Of a stretch of DNA of 64,000 nt, positions 44,405-56,769 are shown one piece after another. A model generated the notes under the pieces. It was not told the DNA's origin and searched no databases. It saw only the letters and a program-made list of their open reading frames with translations. How positions within the stretch are numbered: the stretch's first letter is position 1; each line of letters starts with the position of its first letter. Origin of the DNA: Candidatus Marinacidobacterales bacterium (lineage in GTDB: Bacteria; Acidobacteriota; Vicinamibacteria; Marinacidobacterales; SMYC01); NCBI GenBank assembly GCA_965237955.1, contig OZ250169.1, positions 128,001 to 192,000 on the forward strand. The letters run 5' to 3'. Position numbers and translations under genes: made by a program.

Positions 44405-47367
44405 CTAGTACCCGTCCTGAAGCCTGTAAGGGATTGAGAAAAAAGGAGAAATCGCAAATTTAGGGCTAGTCTTCTGAGGGGGTGTCGATTAAGGATCGTG
44501 TCGTTGAAAACATCTGATTCTAAATGACTTAACTCCAAAGGAGACCAGCCCTAAATGCGAAAAACGATCAACCCACAGCCAAATCTACGTGAGCCCTGGC
44601 TGGAGCTGGAGCACGCACGCGAACTCGAAACGATCTCGTCGCTGCTCGATGCCCATCCTAAACTCAATGAGCTGGTACTGCAAGACCTGAAGTCGGTCAC
44701 CCCATCGGCAGGGAGCGATGTTGGTCGTGGGGGAATGAGCGCGGAGCAGGTTCTCCGGGCGTTGTTGGTCAAGCAGCTGAATCAGTTCAGCTATCGGGAG
44801 CTGGCGTTTCACTTGGCAGACTCTCGAAGCTATCGGACGTTTTGCCAGCTCGGCATCATAGAGCCGACCCCGTCGAAGTCGACCCTAGCAGCAAACATCA
44901 AAGCCGTGAAGTTCGAAACGCTGGAGCAGATCAACCGAGAGCTGGTGAGCGTTGCCGAGGATGCTGGGATCGAAAAGGGAAGAAAAGTACGAGTGGACTG
45001 CACGGTAGTGGAATCAAACATTCATCCGCCTACAGACTCCGAGCTTCTTTATGACTGTGTTCGGGTTCTCACTCGCCTGATGTGCGGAGCTCGCGAACTG
45101 CTGGGTACAGTAGTGGTCTTCGGCAATCGAACGCGTCGAGCGAAGAGACGTCGACTGGGAGTTCTGAACGCGAAGGATAAGCAACAAAGGCGTCGCGTCT
45201 ATCGAGATCTACTGAAGGTGACGGAAGAAACCTATCGCTCCGCTCAACGCGTTGCAGAACAGTTAGAAGAGTCGGGCTTGACCGAGCCTGTGAAGCGAGC
45301 GAGTACGGAGAGGATCGCCGCGGATTTTGAGCACTTTCTCGTCCTCACCAAGAAAGTCATCAACCAAACCCAACGCCGAGTGATCGACGAAGAGCGTGTG
45401 CCTGCAGAGGAAAAGGTCGTTTCTGTCTTCGAAGAACACACCGACATTATTCGCAAAGACCGGCGCGAGACCCTCTACGGTCACAAGGTGTGTCTGACTG
45501 GTGGTTCGTCCTCGATGATTTTGGATTGCGTGATCTTGGATGGGAATCCGGCCGATTCAACTCTCGCGGAAACCATGATCGACCGTCTAGTCGAACTCTA
45601 CGAGCGGGCCCCGCGCCAGGTCGCCTACGATGGCGCGTTTTCTTCAAAGGCAAACTTGGAAGCCATCAAAGGCAAGGGAGTTGAAGATGTTGCCTTTACC
45701 AAGGCTCAAGGTTTCGCCGTGACCGATATGGTCAAGAGTTCCTGGGTCTATCAACGCCTGCGGCGATTTCGCTGCGGGATCGAAGGCATCATTTCGTTCT
45801 TGAAACGAGTCTTTGGTCTCGACCGATGCACATTGACCTTGCCCGGGAAAAGTGGACGGGTTGATTAGCTTGCATTGGCAGAGTTAAGAGCGTGAAGCCG
45901 TTCGAACTCCATTGGGCTGAGGTAATCGAGCGCTGAGTGGAGTCGGTACGGGTTGTAAAAGGCTTCAATGTAATCAGCGATTGCATTCTTGGCATGGCGC
46001 CGTGTTGGCCAGGGATGACGGTATACGAGTTCGGTCTTGAGCGTACCGAAAAAACTCTCGGTGACGGCGTTGTCCCAGCAGTCTCCGCGACGGCTCATAG
46101 AACAGATGATACCGTGGTCGTCGAGTACGTCCTGATAACTCTCGGCCGCGTACTGGACACCGCGATCAGAGTGATGAAGCAGACCAGCTCCGGGCACACG
46201 TCGTCCCAAAGCCATATAGAGCGCTTCGAGTGCGAGCTCAGTCCTGAGGTGCGACCGCATCCCCCAGCCGACGACGCGGCGCGAAAACAGGTCGAGAACT
46301 ACGGCTAGGTACAGCCACCCCTCCCAGGTCCGAATGTAGGTGATGTCCGTCGTCCAGAACTGGTTGGGCCGCTCGGCCTCGAAACGACGAGCCAACACGT
46401 TCGGTGCCACCGGCTTGTCGTGTTGGCTGTTGGTCGTCTTGCGGAAGCGCCTTTGCGGCACGCCCCGTAGGCCGATTTCGCGCATCAACCGAGCCACTCG
46501 ATGCTTGCCGACCTCGAGGCCTTGTTGGACCAGTTCCTTGACCACACGCAATCTGCCGTACGTGCCGCGGCTTTTCGTGTGGGCCGCTTGGATGTGAGGC
46601 TTTAACTTCGCGTCCTCACTGTGACGGTGACTCGGCGCCCGGTCGATGTGCGCGTAGTAGCCGCTCCGCGACACCTGCAACACTCGGCACATCACGCGCA
46701 CCGGATAGTTGGCCTTCTCCGCGTTGATGAACTCGAATCTCATTTGCTTTCCTTCGCGAAGAAGGCCGTCGCTTTTTTTAGGATTTCTCGCTCCTGCTCC
46801 AACGTCCGCACTCGACGACGCAGCGTACGCAGTTCCTCTTGTTCCGCTGTCGTTAACGCCCCACTCCGCCCCGCGCCGCGGTCAACATCGTATTGCTTTA
46901 CCCAGTTGCGAAGCGCCGATTCTGTCAGGTCCAATTCCTTCGCTACCTGACCGATGCGCCGGTCCCCCTGCTTGCACAGGCGGACCGCCTCCTTCTTGAA
47001 TTCCTTCGTGAACTTTCGTCTCTTCCGTTTTTCCATGGACGCCTCCCGGCGCATTGTCGCGCCTCTCGGTAGGTGTCCACAAAACCCGGGCAGGGCCACA
47101 TGGCGCTCATTGCCTTCTTTTAAATCGTACGTATGGGGTTCCATCATCACCTGCAATGTACTGGTGATGGCGAGACATCTATTAAGATAATAACTATTAC
47201 TCTTCCGCTCCCATAGCCTTGGATTCCTGACGATTCGCCTCTCGTTTCGTCCAAGATTTTCATTCGCTCTCAACCCTACGAAGTTCCCTACCGAAACCGT
47301 ATAATACCCACATCTTCGGTAGGCCTGTCGCACACCACAAGTTATGGTGTTTCTGGACAGGAACTAG
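44405..47367 (+). mobile_element. ISNCY/IS5-like element; transposase 44555..47190 split by an IS3 insertion
   Basis: RVDCTVVESNIHPPTD, YDGAF, RCGIEG; ...LDRCT resumes as WRSLPSFKSYVW after the IS3; imperfect IRs bounded by CTAG. Confidence 0.85.
45834..47098 (-). mobile_element. Intact IS3-family element (orfA 46740..47036, orfB 45865..46743) with 3-bp TSD CAT
   Basis: TG...CA IRs; WTTDITY, HHSDRG, WDNAVTES; CAT on both flanks. Confidence 0.95.
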
Positions 47368-47383
47368 CTAACTCCAATAGGTA

Positions 47384-47990
47384 AGCCACCGCCTATGGCG
47401 GTGCGACTCGAAAAGGCTCTGCCGTTCCAGCGTGTGGTAGACGATCTCCTTTCAATGAACCGGGAAGTTCAAAAGAAAGGAGATCGACATGCGAGAGTGG
47501 AAGAACCAATCGCACGTGAAATGGTACTGCAAATATCACATTGTGTTCAGCCCGAAATACCGAAAGAAGGCGATGTTCGGAAGTTTGAGGAAGGGGGTTG
47601 GGAGAATCCTCCGGGAACTCTGCAAGCAGGCGGGAGTCGAATTGGTGGAGGGACACGCGATGTCGGACCATGTGCACTTGTGTTTGAGTATTCCACCGAA
47701 GTACAGCGTGGCAAACACGGTAGGGTTTCTGAAGGGCAAGTCTGCGATACGAATCCATCGTGAATACTTGGGGAAACGGAGAAACTTCACGGGGTTCCAT
47801 TTCTGGGCACGCGGTTACTGTGTCAGCACGGTGGGTCTAGACGAGGCGGTCATTCGGGAGTACATCCGAAATCAGGAGGAAGAAGAAAAGCGTCAAGAAC
47901 AGCTGAACCTCAGGGGGCTTTAGCCCCCTTCCGCACGGTGGGGGCCCCTTCAAGGGGCCTTCATCAAACCACCCGCTATGCGGGTGGTAG
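47384..47990 (+). mobile_element. tnpA: IS200/IS605-family element, tnpA only (47489..47923)
   Basis: HUH motif DHVH, FWARGY, IREYI; subterminal hairpins CACCGC-CTATG-GCGGTG and ACCACCCGC-TAT-GCGGGTGGT. Confidence 0.93.
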
Positions 47991-48395
47991 TTGATTGTTC
48001 TCGGCTCACGTAGTCCACCATACGCTTGATCGGGGGCGGGATGTGTCCCGAGGTCCGTGGAAAAAGAACGGCGCCCTCCACTCCGTCATCAGAGTATCAC
48101 ATCAGGCGGCAAACTTGTTATCGACGTAATCGACGACCGAACCGGGATCGCCACAGCGCGCCCCAGTGTGGTGCAAATAGTACGTCGAGCTCGACATCGG
48201 CCTGTGGACGTAGCGGATACGACAAGCTTCTCAAAAACCGCCGAAACGCACTCAATTAGCGGCTCATCTTGCTGGAGAGATTCTGACGCGGAGTGGGGGT
48301 TAGACTGCGAGATAGGCATGTGACCTCCTTGGACCAGACAGGCCCTGGATCTACGGCACCATACAGGTGCCACTTGTTAATCCAACCGCCAGTTA

Positions 48396-48791
48396 GGTGC
48401 CTTGGTGCACAACTCGCGATCTCGGTCCACAATTGTCCTGTACTCGCGGATTCGAGGTTCCCCATGAGCATTTTCAAACGCACTCAGCGGAAGTATGTGA
48501 AGAAGGCCTATCGCGTGAGGAATTGGCGTGAATATGAGGCGGGTCTACGCAACCGTGGGAGCCTGACCGTCTGGATCTCGCTCACCGCCGGCAAGCTTGT
48601 GAACTGGGACGCGCCCCGGCCAAGGAGGAGGAAACCGGGCCGTCAACGCAAGTACTCGAACCACGCCATCGAGACGGCTGTCACCCTGGGCATGGTGTTT
48701 CATCTGTCGTCTAGGCAGAGCGAGGGATTGCTGCGATCGTTGTTCGCTCTGATGAAGCTAGACAATGATGTGCCCGATCACACCACGCTCT
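48396..48791 (+). mobile_element. IS5 type B left end plus N-terminal fragment
   Basis: Near-identical to the reverse complement of 12348..12743. Confidence 0.9.
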
Positions 48792-49078
48792 CGAATTCCC
48801 TCGTGCCATGTGGAAATCGATTCGAACGACCAATGCTCTGGAGAGTCTCAACCGCGAGTTTCGACGCCGGACGAAAACCCAAGCGTCGTTCTCCAGCGAG
48901 GAGTCCGCGGTCGCTTTGCTGTTTGGGCTTATCGCCTCTGGCCAGATTCAACTACGGCGCATCGACGGCTACCAAGGTCTGAGCGAGGTTCTCAAACACG
49001 CGGAGGTTGCCGCCTGATCTGATACCCTGATGACGGAGTGGAGGGCGCCGTTTTTTTTCCACGAACCTCGGGACACAT
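48792..49078 (+). mobile_element. IS256-family C-terminal fragment and right end (inverted second end at 48041..48112)
   Basis: IRTTNALESLNREFRRRTK motif; end ...TTCCACGAACCTCGGGACACAT. Confidence 0.8.
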
Positions 49079-49319
49079 CCGTAGAAACGGAGCAACCTGT
49101 AATCCGCAAAAAAGAAGATCGGCCAGAAGCAGCCGACCATGGCGGGTCTAAAACGCGCAATCGACGCTGGATCGACTTTTTGCGGAGCACAGGTGGCGTT
49201 GACGCGGGGTAACGTTGCGCTGAGCTGCGGACGCCGTAAGGAGCGTTGCAGATGGTGGCGTCCGTCAGCTGCATGCGATGCTATACCGCCCCGTAGGCGG
49301 TACACGCCTCTGGTTCAGA

Positions 49320-50375
49320 CTACCGCGGCGGAATCCGCTGCAGTTGCTTACGCAGGATGTCAGCCCAAATTTTATCCTTCGTAGTTTCCAGTAACCGTTG
49401 AAGGGCGCGACGGTGGGCGACCTGAAGCGCCTCAACTTCGGTTGTCTGGATATCCGGAATCACACCCACGCCTTCCCAGTTCCGACCTGTCACCGCCGCG
49501 CGAACTCGGCCGTTTGGGACGACAACCTCGAAGTAATCGTTTACGGGATACGCACGACCAGGATTTGCAGCTCCTGCAGTTACTTCCCCCACAACCTCCG
49601 CGCGGGCTAAGTCCTGGAGAATGAACGCAAGGCCCTCGCCGGCCGAAAAGGTCGTTGCTGCCGTGAGGACAAAGACCGGTCGGCGACCATCGCGATGCGA
49701 CTGGGGTACCGATTCAGTGTAGTAAGACTTGGTCTCTCCGTTGCGAGGCACGATCTGGAACAACAGTTGCCCAGGGCTCTCGAATAGGTAGCTCGCAAGG
49801 AGGGCGACTGTGCCTGGGTTGCCCCCGCTATTCGATCGCATATCTAGAATGAGTGCATCAGCGTATCGCAAAGACTCCATGGCGGCTTCGAGCGCCTCAC
49901 GCGCTTCCCCATGTCGGTAGAAGGCGGTGAAGTTGAGATAGCCGACGTTTCCTGGAAGGATCTGGATGTGCTCCGCGCCGTAGTTCTGTCGGCGAGCTCG
50001 CAACTCCCGTGACTGCTCTCTTGCTTCGCTCGACACCCTCGTCTCATCGTCGGGAGGAATGTAGTTGACTGAAAGATGCTTGTCCGTCGTCAAGGCATGC
50101 AGGTGCTCCGTCAGTAACACGGCGAGCTCCTGGGCCGACTCGATGGCGGTATAGTGGCCTAGCTGAAGTCGTTCTCGAAGATTCTCTTTGACCTGCGATG
50201 CGACCCCGCGATCGAAGTACTCCCGGTCCACGACTTCAGCGACGGTCTCCACGGTCTCCCGGACCATATTCTGATCGAGTTCGACTCGCGCTCTCTGGGC
50301 CTGTGTGACGCCATTCGCGTCGACTCCCGGTGTCGTGAAAGCGAGAGCGAAGCAGGCAACGCCTATTAGTTTCAC
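49320..50375 (-). CDS. S41-family peptidase
   Basis: DKHL, GNVGYL, LILDMRSNSGG, TFSAGE, VGEVTAG, NWEGVGVIPD; signal peptide from GTG 50375 with GAGGTG RBS. Confidence 0.88.
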   Translation of the reverse strand: MKLIGVACFALAFTTPGVDANGVTQAQRARVELDQNMVRETVETVAEVVDREYFDRGVASQVKENLRERLQLGHYTAIESAQELAVLLTEHLHALTTDKHLSVNYIPPDDETRVSSEAREQSRELRARRQNYGAEHIQILPGNVGYLNFTAFYRHGEAREALEAAMESLRYADALILDMRSNSGGNPGTVALLASYLFESPGQLLFQIVPRNGETKSYYTESVPQSHRDGRRPVFVLTAATTFSAGEGLAFILQDLARAEVVGEVTAGAANPGRAYPVNDYFEVVVPNGRVRAAVTGRNWEGVGVIPDIQTTEVEALQVAHRRALQRLLETTKDKIWADILRKQLQRIPPR

Positions 50376-50411
50376 CAGGTCACCTCGTTTCCACACCGGA
50401 CGACGAGCGCG

Positions 50412-50718
50412 CCTGGGCCTTGACGGCGAGCCTGCGCCGGTCGTCGTCAGAGAGCCTGAGACGCTTGCCCCGAAGCCCGGCTCGGAGCACACGGTTTTCC
50501 TCTCGCAGGTAGTCGATCACATCCTGCTGCTGGCGGTTGACCCAGCCAGCCAGAACGAGCAGTAGGAATTGCACGTGGTACGTCATCATGGAGCTGAAGA
50601 TAACACCCTCGGTCCAGACGATTGTAGAGCCTCCAGCCCTTGGCCCAGTCGCAAAACACAGACGCTAAGCTGTTGTTTTATGGTCTATTTCAAAAGGGCC
50701 GAGTTTTGGCACAGGACG
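50412..50718 (-). mobile_element. rve-IS end plus 5' transposase fragment
   Basis: Matches 41794..42100. Confidence 0.85.
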
Positions 50719-50898
50719 CCGTCACGGAAGGCCCGACGCCCCTCTTTGGGGGCCATGGCGTCGATATCGAGAAGCCTTCCCTTGGCAACCAGATCGTCCA
50801 CAAGAGCAATGAACCCGGCTTTAAGCTTGTCGCTTCTGGCGAATTGGCTGATGATTGCTCCGCAAACTAGATGGAGCCCGGCAATTTGCCCACTGAGG

Positions 50899-51985
50899 GG
50901 CGTTGTTGCACGGCCCGGCGCAAATCGCTGACCTCCCTGTGCCGGTCGGAGAGTCACCCGGCGCAGTAAGTATCGGGCATGCCGAGCGCGGTCATCTTGT
51001 TGAGTATCTCGCACCCAATTCGGTGTTCAACTCGTTGCCTCGCCAACGTTCGAGCCCGCATCTCGGGCCCCATGATCGCCTTGTAACGATAGACCGCGTT
51101 CTCCACCATGCTTCGCTCGGTGCAGCCTGAGAGCTTGTACCATTCACGTCGGCCGTGTCTTTCGATTGCACGAATATGGCGGTCGCGTTCCCGCATGGCG
51201 GTGTTCGAATTCTGACTGAGCGTGGCGTTTCGTTGCGGCGGAATCACCACGCGCGTCCTTCGTCCAGGGCTGTGCGCTTCGATGGCTTCGTAGACCGCTT
51301 CCTTGTCGTATGCACTGTCCGCCGCCACCGACGCTATAGGTGCTTGAATCTGTGTTAGCAAAGGGGGGACTCGCGTTGCGTCGCGAGCTCGTGACGCCGT
51401 CAGTTCGGACGCAACAATGTTGCCGGTCTTGCGATCAACGGCGATGTGCAACTTGCGCCAGGCGCGCTGCTTTGGCGGTTTGCGAGTGGTTCCAACATGA
51501 ATCCTCAAGCCCGTGCTATCGATCATCAGGTGGATTGGTTGATTGCTTGCGGCTTTCCCAATCCGCAGCTTCTTGCGGAGCAGCCTCGACCGCCGAGACA
51601 ACGTCGAGTAGTCCGGGATCTCGATACCGAGCCCGAGCAGCGAGGCGATCGAGTGCAAGAAGCCTTCGGTTTGTCGGTAGGCGAGCTTGTACACCATCCG
51701 GACAACCAGGCCCGTTTCAATAGCCATGTCTGAATAGACCCGTTGACCGCCAGGCTTACCGGTCTTGTCGGCCATCCAGTTCGCGATTGCCTCCTCGTCA
51801 AACCAGACCGTCAAATCGCCCCGGCGGCGCAGCCCTTCGTTGTATTCCGCCCAGTTGGAAACGTGGTACTTCTTCTGTTTCGCGTGTTTGTACTGGCTGC
51901 GCTTGGGATACTTCATGGTCAAACATTACCTCGGCCACCACCATAGGTAGATTTCGCGCTCAGCCAAGAGCGGTGCAACAACGCC
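50899..51985 (-). mobile_element. IS5 type A, copy 2 (transposase 50954..51916)
   Basis: Same IRs and near-identical protein as copy 1. Confidence 0.95.
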
Positions 51986-53400
51986 TCTACAAGGTCGACC
52001 GGCTGACCCGTTCCCTCTCCGACTTTGCAAAGCTCGTCGAACGGCTCGAGGCGGCCGGCGCGGTTTTCGTCTCGGTGACTCAGTCCTTCAACACCGCGAC
52101 CAGCATGGGACGACTGACGCTGCATATGCTGCTGTCCTTCGCACAATTCGAGCGCGAGGTCACGGCCGAGCGGATCCGCGATAAGGTCGCTGCCTCCAAG
52201 CGCAAGGGACTATGGATGGGCGGCCGCGTACCACTCGGCTATGAGAAGGACGGGCGCACGCTGCGCATCAACGAGGCTGAGGCCGAAACGGTCCGGACGA
52301 TCTATGCGCTGTACCGGAAGCACGGAACGCTCCGGCAGGTGAAGGCCGAGGCGGACCGTCTGGGACTGCGCACCAAGCGACGCTTCGCCGCGGATGGAAC
52401 CCGGACAGGCGGGCTGCCGTTCCGTCGCGGACACCTCCACTGCCTGCTGACCAATCCTCTCTACGCCGGCCGCATCCGGCACCAGAGGCGTGTCTACGAG
52501 GGCCAGCATCCATCGATCATTGCTCCGGAGCTCTGGGACGCGGTCCAGGCGCAGCTGCAGGCAGGGGCTGCCAAACCGAGGAAACGCACGACGAAGGGCC
52601 GTGCAGCCCGTTCCCCACTGGCAGGCAAGCTCTTCGACGAGACCGGGGACCGGCTGACGCCGAGCCACACCAAAAAGAAAAACGGGCAACGGCTCCGCTA
52701 CTACGTCTCCCGGCGCCTCATCCAGCACAGTGGCCAAAAGGACCTCTCCGGCTGGCGGCTACCCGCACCGATGCTGGAACAGACCGTCTTGCATCTCATC
52801 CGACAGCATGTGGATGCCACGACCTTCTCGGCCTCGCTGACCCATACTTCGACGATGCAAGAGCTCGCCTCGGTGCGTCGCTTTTTAGACGGGCTGTGTT
52901 CCGATACTAATGATGATAGTGCCTCGGCAGCCCCCCTGCTCCGTCTCATCCGGCGGGTCGATATCAGCCCCGGCTCTGTGTCCATTCTGCTCGACCGCAA
53001 TGCGTTCGCTGCTTGCCTCTCTATGGGGCCCGAACGCATTCGCGAGGATGCACTCCGCATCCTCGCACCGTTCCGCTTGCGTCGACGCGGCGTCGAGACC
53101 AAGCTCGTTCTGGGCAACCCCACGAAATCCGTCGACCGCACACTCCTGCGCAATATCGCCAACGCCCTCTCCTGGCTCGACCGCATCAAAGCAGGCAAAA
53201 CCTATGAGCAGATTGCCACCGAAAACGCCATCCCAACGGACCGCGTGCGCAAGGCAATCCGTTATGCCTTCCTGGCCCCCGACATCGTCCGCGCCATTGT
53301 CGAAGGCCGCCAGCCCGTTGGGCTGACCTCGAGCTACCTCTTGCATCATCCGCTCTCCGACGATTGGGAGAAACAGCGAGTGCTCGTCAAAACGCTGTGA
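51986..53400 (+). pseudogene. Large serine recombinase, N-terminus removed at the IS5 boundary
   Basis: YKVDRLTRS, LLSFAQFEREVTAERIRDK, GGRVPLGY, LTNPLYAG, RYYVS; catalytic N-terminal Ser region absent. Confidence 0.9.
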
Positions 53401-53477
53401 GCCTGCCAGCGCCCACTTTGTAAAGTGGGCTCGGTTAGCAGCAAGCTGCTCTCCGACACTGGCCTCCACCAATCAGC

Positions 53478-53760
53478 TGCCTTGGTGCACAACTCGCGAT
53501 CTCGGTCCACAATTGTCCTGTACTCACGGATTCGAGGTTCCCCATGTGCATTTTTCAAACGCACTCAGCGGAAGTATGTGAAGAAGGCCTATCGCGTGAG
53601 GAATTGGCGTGAATATGAGGCGGGTCTACGCAACCGTGGGAGCCTGACCGTCTGGATCTCGCTCACCGCCGGCAAGCTTGTGAACTGGGACGCGCCCCGG
53701 CCGAGGAGGAGGAAACCGGGCCGTCAACGCAAGTACTCGAACCACGCCATCGAGACGGCT
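53478..53760 (+). mobile_element. IS5 type B left-end fragment
   Basis: TGCCTTGGTGCACAACTC end; FKRTQRKYVKKAY...HAIETA, frameshifted near the start. Confidence 0.85.
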
Positions 53761-53830
53761 GGCTGGCAGACCCGAGCTTAATCAAGTTTGGTGCGCGCGG
53801 ATGAATAAATAGAAGGCACAACAGGCCGAG

Positions 53831-54232
53831 ATGGCACTACAAACTGAACTAGAGGACCTGATCGTAGAGAGCCTAGGCACGTTCGACGTGCAGGGCGTCG
53901 CCTGGACCACCGCGAACACGAGATCACCCCAGGGAGAGGATCAGGTACTCGTGTCCCTGGACCTGCTGAGGGCCGAGCAAGCCAACTTGGGAGACACCCT
54001 GGAGTACGAGGGCGAACTGAACTTCGAGGCCTGCGGCGAGAAGTCCCTACAGCCTCTCGACCACATACGCCAGTCCCTGCTGGTGGACAACATCGTGCTT
54101 GAACCTTCGCGGGGCACCACCGTGCTGGCCTGGACGTTGTGGAAGGTCGAGAGGGGCGTACCCGACGAGGACGGCCTGACGCTGGATACGGCGGTGCTTG
54201 AGGTCAACTACACGGCCGAGGCCGGGGCCTAG
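53831..54232 (+). CDS. Hypothetical acidic protein (possibly phage tail-completion-like)
   Basis: 133-aa ORF with coherent codon usage; the functional guess rests on size and secondary-structure pattern only. Confidence 0.5.
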   Translation: MALQTELEDLIVESLGTFDVQGVAWTTANTRSPQGEDQVLVSLDLLRAEQANLGDTLEYEGELNFEACGEKSLQPLDHIRQSLLVDNIVLEPSRGTTVLAWTLWKVERGVPDEDGLTLDTAVLEVNYTAEAGA

Positions 54233-54242
54233 GCCCCGACGC

Positions 54243-54644
54243 CTACCGAGTAGCTGTCTCCGTACAGGTGAAGTCCAGGTACCAGGCGGTCGGGTAACGC
54301 AGCATCGTATTGCCGATCTGTGTGGTCATCGTGTCAGCGACGCGATTGCCGTCGAGCCTGGGTACCCGGCCCTGCTCCGCGCACACCCTTCGTGCTTCCG
54401 GCACGGCGAGGTCGACCACGATTCGGGTCACCTGAGCACCGGTCATCTTGCTGGGGCCGGACCATACGACCGCCTCGTTTGGATCGACCCGCACGACTAC
54501 CACGTTCTCTTCCGTGTCCGTGTGTACCACCGTGTCCGTGTGTACCACGGAGACTTCGGGGGGCCAAGGCTGCAAAGATACCGACCAGCAGCCGGCCACC
54601 GCAAACAACAGCACGGCGGCAGCCACGCTCGCACTCTTCCTCAT
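54243..54644 (-). CDS. Hypothetical lipoprotein
   Basis: MRKSASVAAAVLLFAVAGC lipobox; GGAGGA RBS; 18-bp tandem duplication (VVHTDT x2). Confidence 0.55.
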   Translation of the reverse strand: MRKSASVAAAVLLFAVAGCWSVSLQPWPPEVSVVHTDTVVHTDTEENVVVVRVDPNEAVVWSGPSKMTGAQVTRIVVDLAVPEARRVCAEQGRVPRLDGNRVADTMTTQIGNTMLRYPTAWYLDFTCTETATR

Positions 54645-54687
54645 GACTCTTCCTCCTTCAAAGCGGGGAGGCCCGAACCCTAGCACA

Positions 54688-54906
54688 ATCGCCACCGCGT
54701 CCACAAGCATCTTCCCCAGTTGCGGCAGCACGTAGGCGTCCATCGTCGAGCGCCAGTCGCGCAGCGACTTCGACGCCGTGCCGCGCCGCCAGGTCTCCGC
54801 CTTCTCGGCCATCGCCCGCGGCTCCGCCTCCGCGAACGAGATCGTCCGCGCCCGGCGCGGATCGCCGCCGGTGCGCGCCACGGCGCGATTGTCCGCCGCG
54901 ATGCGC
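54688..54906 (-). pseudogene. P4-like tyrosine integrase internal fragment
   Basis: GGDPR...SFAEA...W....DWRSTMDAYVLPQLGKMLVDAV. Confidence 0.6.
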
Positions 54907-55993
54907 GGCGTTGTTGCACGGCCCGGAGCAAATCGCTGACCTCCCTGTGCCGGTCGGAGAGTCACCCGGCGCAGTAAGTATCGGGCATACCGAGCGCGGT
55001 CATCTTGTTGAGTATCTCGCACCCAATTCGGTGTTCAACTCGTTGCCTCGCCAACGTTCGAGCCCGCATCTCGGGCCCCATGATCGCCTTGTAACGATAG
55101 ACCGCGTTCTCCACCATGCTTCGCTCGGTGCAGCCTGAGAGCTTGTACCATTCACGTCGGCCGTGTCTTTCGATTGCACGAATATGGCGGTCGCGTTCCC
55201 GCATGGCGGTGTTCGAATTCTAACTGAGCGTGGCGTTTCGTTGCGGCGGAATCACCACGCGCGTCCTTCGTCCAGGGCTGTGCGCTTCGATGGCTTCGTA
55301 GACCGCTTCCTTGTCGTATGCACTGTCCGCCGCCACCGACGCTATAGGTGCTTGAATCTGTGTTAGCAAAGGGGGGACTCGCGTTGCGTCGCGAGCTCGT
55401 GACGCCGTCAGTTCGGACGCAACAATGTTGCCAGTCTTGCGATCAACGGCGATGTGCAACTTGCGCCAGGCGCGCTGCTTTGGCGGTTTGCGGGTGGTTC
55501 CAACATGAATCCTCAAGCCCGTGCTATCGATCATCAGGTGGATTGGTTGATTGCTTGCGGCTTTTCGAATCCGCAGCTTCTTGCGGAGCAGCCTCGACCG
55601 CCGACACAATGTCGAGTAGTCCGGGATCTCGATACACAGCCGGAGAAGCGAGGCGATCGAGTGCAAGAAGCCTTCGGTTTGGCGGTAGGCAAGCTTGTAC
55701 ACCATCCGGACAACCAGGCCCGTTTCAATCGCCATCTCTGAATAGACCCGTTGACCGCCAGGCTTACCGCTCTTGTCGGCCTTCCAGTTCGCGATTGCCT
55801 CCTCGTCAAACCAGACCGTCAAATCGCCCCGGCGGCGCAGCCCTTCGTTGTATTCCGCCCAGTTGGAAACGTGGTACTTCTTCTGTTTCGCGTGTTTGTA
55901 CTGGCTGCGCTTGGGATACTTCATGGTCGAACATTACCTCGGCCACCACCATAGGTAGATTTCGCGCTCAGCCAAGAGCGGTGCAACAACGCC
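54907..55993 (-). mobile_element. IS5 type A, copy 3, with nonsense mutation
   Basis: Both IRs present; CAG>TAG at 55220..55222 relative to copy 2. Confidence 0.93.
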
Positions 55994-56011
55994 CCTAGAG
56001 GCGGTGAAGGC

Positions 56012-56690
56012 CGTATGCGCTGTCCGCCGCCACCGACGCTATAGGTGCTTGAATCTGTGTTAGCAAAGGGGGGACTCGCGTTGCGTCGCGAGCTCGTGAC
56101 GCCGTCAGTTCGGACGCAACAATGTTGCCAGTCTTGCGATCAACGGCGATGTGCAACTTGCGCCAGGCGCGCTGCTTTGGCGGTTTGCGGGTGGTTCCAA
56201 CATGAATCCTCAAGCCCGTGCTATCGATCATCAGGTGGATTGGTTGATTGCTTGCGGCTTTCCCAATCCGCAGCTTCTTGCGGAGCAGCCTCGACCGCCG
56301 ACACAACGTCGAGTAGTCCGGGATCTCGATACACAGCCGGAGAAGCGAGGCGATCGAGTGCAAGAAGCCTTCGGTTTGGCGGTAGGCAAGCTTGTACACC
56401 ATCCGGACAACCAGGCCGGTTTCAATCGCCATCTCTGAATAGACCCGTTGACCGCCAGGCTTACCGCTCTTGTCGGCCTTCCAGTTCACGATTGCCTCCT
56501 CGTCAAACCAGACCGTCAAATCGCCCCGGCGGCGCAGCCCTTCGTTGTATTCCGCCCAGTTGGAAACGTGGTACTTCTTCTGCTTCGCGTGCTTGTACTG
56601 GCTGCGCTTGGGATACTTCATGGTCGAACATTACCTCGGCCACCACCATAGGTAGATTTCGCGCTCAGCCAAGAGCGGTGCAACAACGCC
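56012..56690 (-). mobile_element. IS5 type A, copy 4, 3'-truncated, in tandem with copy 3
   Basis: Left IR ends at 56690; protein stops matching after ADSAY. Confidence 0.9.
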
Positions 56691-56769
56691 CACAAAACGT
56701 ACGCTAACGTGACAAAACACCTCGACTCAGCGATCTTCGCCGACCAGCCCTGAGCGAGGAGTTGTAGGC

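Noticed and set aside
44411-44420. A thirteenth rve-IS end (CCCGTCCTG)
   Set aside because: Diverges after 8-9 nt and pairs instead with the ISNCY-like right end near 47350-47367
47384-47990. TnpB/omegaRNA system
   Set aside because: tnpA is followed directly by the right-end hairpin; no tnpB
50376-50492. Extension of the S41 peptidase ORF
   Set aside because: Derived from the adjacent rve-IS fragment
51787-51985. Novel N-terminus on the serine recombinase
   Set aside because: Read-through from the antisense strand of IS5
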